Origin: Vicugna vicugna
Taxonomy: Eukaryota
Length of the DNA: 64,000 nucleotides
Assembly (NCBI GenBank): GCA_013265495.1
Contig: MU057716.1
Location: forward strand, 1-64,000
Direction: 5' to 3'
Below, in pieces: positions 61,988-64,000 of the stretch. The stretch's first letter is position 1, and every line of letters starts with the position of its first letter. The position numbers were made by a program, and so were the translations under genes. Below the pieces are notes generated by a model, which was not told the DNA's origin, made no database searches, and saw nothing but the letters and a program-made list of their open reading frames with translations.

Positions 61988-64000
61988 AAGAGAAGCAAGA
62001 TGGTGGAGTAGAAAGATGCTTGTAGCTCACCCTCTCCCACAAATACACCAAAACTCACATCTATAGACCCACTCAGCCAACCAGAGCACCTACCAAACTC
62101 TGACAGAACATCGCCCTCTACAAAAGGCAAAGATGCCAAAAATCTGGTAGGAGAAAAGGAAAAAAGAAAGAAGAAAAAACAAAACAGCGTGGGACCAGTC
62201 CTGCGGGGAGGGAGTGGCAAAGGAGGAATAGTGCTGATTCGCTGGGTCTCCCCTCTCCAATGGAGAGGCCAACAGGACAGAGGGGGAGCCTCCAAGGCTC
62301 AGATCTGCTCCGAGCACCCCTTGACCAACAGAACTAAGTTAAATGGGCACAGAGGGTCCCCACGACACCCAGCCCGAGACGCAAGCCAGCAGCTGGGGGC
62401 CGGGACAGGCCGCCTGAGCCAGGCGGAGGACTGGGGCAGCTGCACTGAGACGGCCCCGGGGGACTGCAAGGGGCTGCGTGCCACGGTTGGGAGGAGATAC
62501 GGAGCAGAACAACCACGGTCCCCCATAAATTGTGAAAAAAGCAAAGCAACATGGTTAGTGTGCCCTGGGGGGAGGAGCACCGCAGCCTTTGTGTCCTCAG
62601 ACCCATGACGCTGTTACTGGAGCTTTGTGTGAGAAGAGAGGCGGGGCGCAGCCACAGCCACCATCTCCTCCTGTGTGCAATGCCCAGGCAGGGGCGGGGC
62701 CAAGCCCTGAATCCATATCTGGGGGCTCCGCAACCTCCTAGGCAGGACTGAGACTTGTTTACAGCCCAAGGCAGATAGGATCTTTCTGCCCTGGCACCTC
62801 AGAGAACTTGTGCCGCCAAGGCAAACAAGGAGCTGAGATTTGGCACAGAGCTGGGGCAGGGCTGTTCCACGGTCTTCCCCAAGCCTGCCTACGGAACCTA
62901 CGGAGCTCCAAGGCAGAGCGGGCAGCTGCACAGAGCAGCGGACCAACAGGCGCCAGGAGAGGGCGGGCAGCCACCCGCCTTCCTGGCAGGAACGCAGCAC
63001 CTTACCACGGTGCTGGGCAGAGTGCAGCATCTGACTGCGGCATAGGGAGGGGGAGTGACCCACCCACCCACCGGCCACAGTACCAGAGAGATATGAGCAA
63101 GATGAAGAAGAAGAGGAACCACTCCTAATTAAAAGATCAAGAGAAATCCCGTGAAAGCACAAGCAAGGGAATAGACATTGATGGCCTACTAGATCAAGAT
63201 TTCAAAAAAGGAGTGATCAAAGTACTGAAGGAACTAAAAGAAATAGTCTTTAGAGTATAAAATATGTCAAAATTAAATAGAAGCTATAAAGAAGAACCAA
63301 GCAGAATTAGTGAACACATTGGCTGAGATAAGAGCTGAACTAAAGGCTGTGCAAAGCAGGCTAGATAATGCAGAGGAACGAATAAGTGACCTTAGAAGAC
63401 AGGACAACAGAAAGCACCCAATCAGAACAGCTGAAAGAAAAACAAATGAAAAACAATGAAAACAATATAAGAGACCTATGGGATAATATAAAGCATGCCC
63501 ATCTACACATAACAGGGGTCCCAGAAGGGGAAGAAAGAACAAAGGGGATTGAAAAGGTATTTGAAGAAATCGTGACTGCAAACTTTCCAAAGTTAAAGAA
63601 GGAATCAGATATCCTAGTACAGGAGGCTCAGAGGGTCCCAAACAGGAAGAACCCAAACAGACCCACACCAAGACACACCATAATCCAGATGGCCAGAGTC
63701 AAGGACAAAGAAATGATCCTAAAGGCAGCAAAAGAAAAACAAAGAGTGAGTTACAAGGAAACCCCCATAAGGCTCTCAGCTGATTTCTCAACACAACCTC
63801 TACAGGCCAGAAGGGAGTGGCAAGATATATTCAAAGTCCTGAATGAAAAAAAGATGCAGCCTAGGATAGTCTATTCAGCAAGGCTGTCCTTTAGAATAGA
63901 AGGAGAGATAAAGAACTTCCCAGACAAGCAAAAACTAAGAGTTTAGCAACACTAAACTCATGCTAAAAGAAATATTTCTAAATAGAAAAGAAGCAAGATG
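61988..64000 (+). mobile_element. L1 with 5' end: GC-rich 5'UTR (about 61988-63092) and disabled ORF1 (from 63093), continuing beyond the window
   Basis: Starts AAGATGGTGGAGTAG (typical L1 5' start). ORF1-like RDLWDNIK..ITGVPE, RPTPRHTII, PIRLSADFS and ARREWQDIF. Nonsense TAA at 63126-63128 plus frameshifts. Confidence 0.93.

Noticed and set aside
62614..63162. 182 aa antisense ORF in the L1 5'UTR (ORF0-like idea)
   Set aside because: No similarity I recognise to primate ORF0; GC-rich sequence explains the open frame. Would need conservation across many copies.
60478..64000. Retrotransposition-competent L1
   Set aside because: ORF1 has a stop at 63126-63128 and frameshifts. The upstream ORF2 is truncated and disrupted.

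Overview
Mammalian (very likely camelid) genomic DNA, repeat-rich, with two N gaps. The only host coding sequence I recognise is the last two exons of ATP23 (XRCC6BP1/KUB3) on the minus strand (59634-59717 and 56967-57170, polyA signal 56736-56741). The preceding intron holds a tRNA-Ala-derived SINE and an L1-in-L1 nest that runs off the window. The rest (1-56700) lies downstream of ATP23. It contains a TSD-flanked, 5'-truncated IMP3 processed pseudogene inside an L2; an ERVL pol remnant whose LTR carries an APOA4-like coding fragment; three 100-250 bp local tandem duplications; two strong CTCF-type motifs; many L1/L2/MIR/MaLR/MER relics; and a chain of exon-like segments (53.1-48.3 kb, minus) that may be a decayed gene or spliced ncRNA. 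A recurring signal is focal AT->GC and CpG gain in old repeats, the retrocopy and the ATP23 3' end, suggestive of GC-biased gene conversion. Repeat family names and homologies come from my recall of consensus and protein sequences, not from a search. Repeat boundaries without TSDs are approximate. No prokaryote-type system is present.
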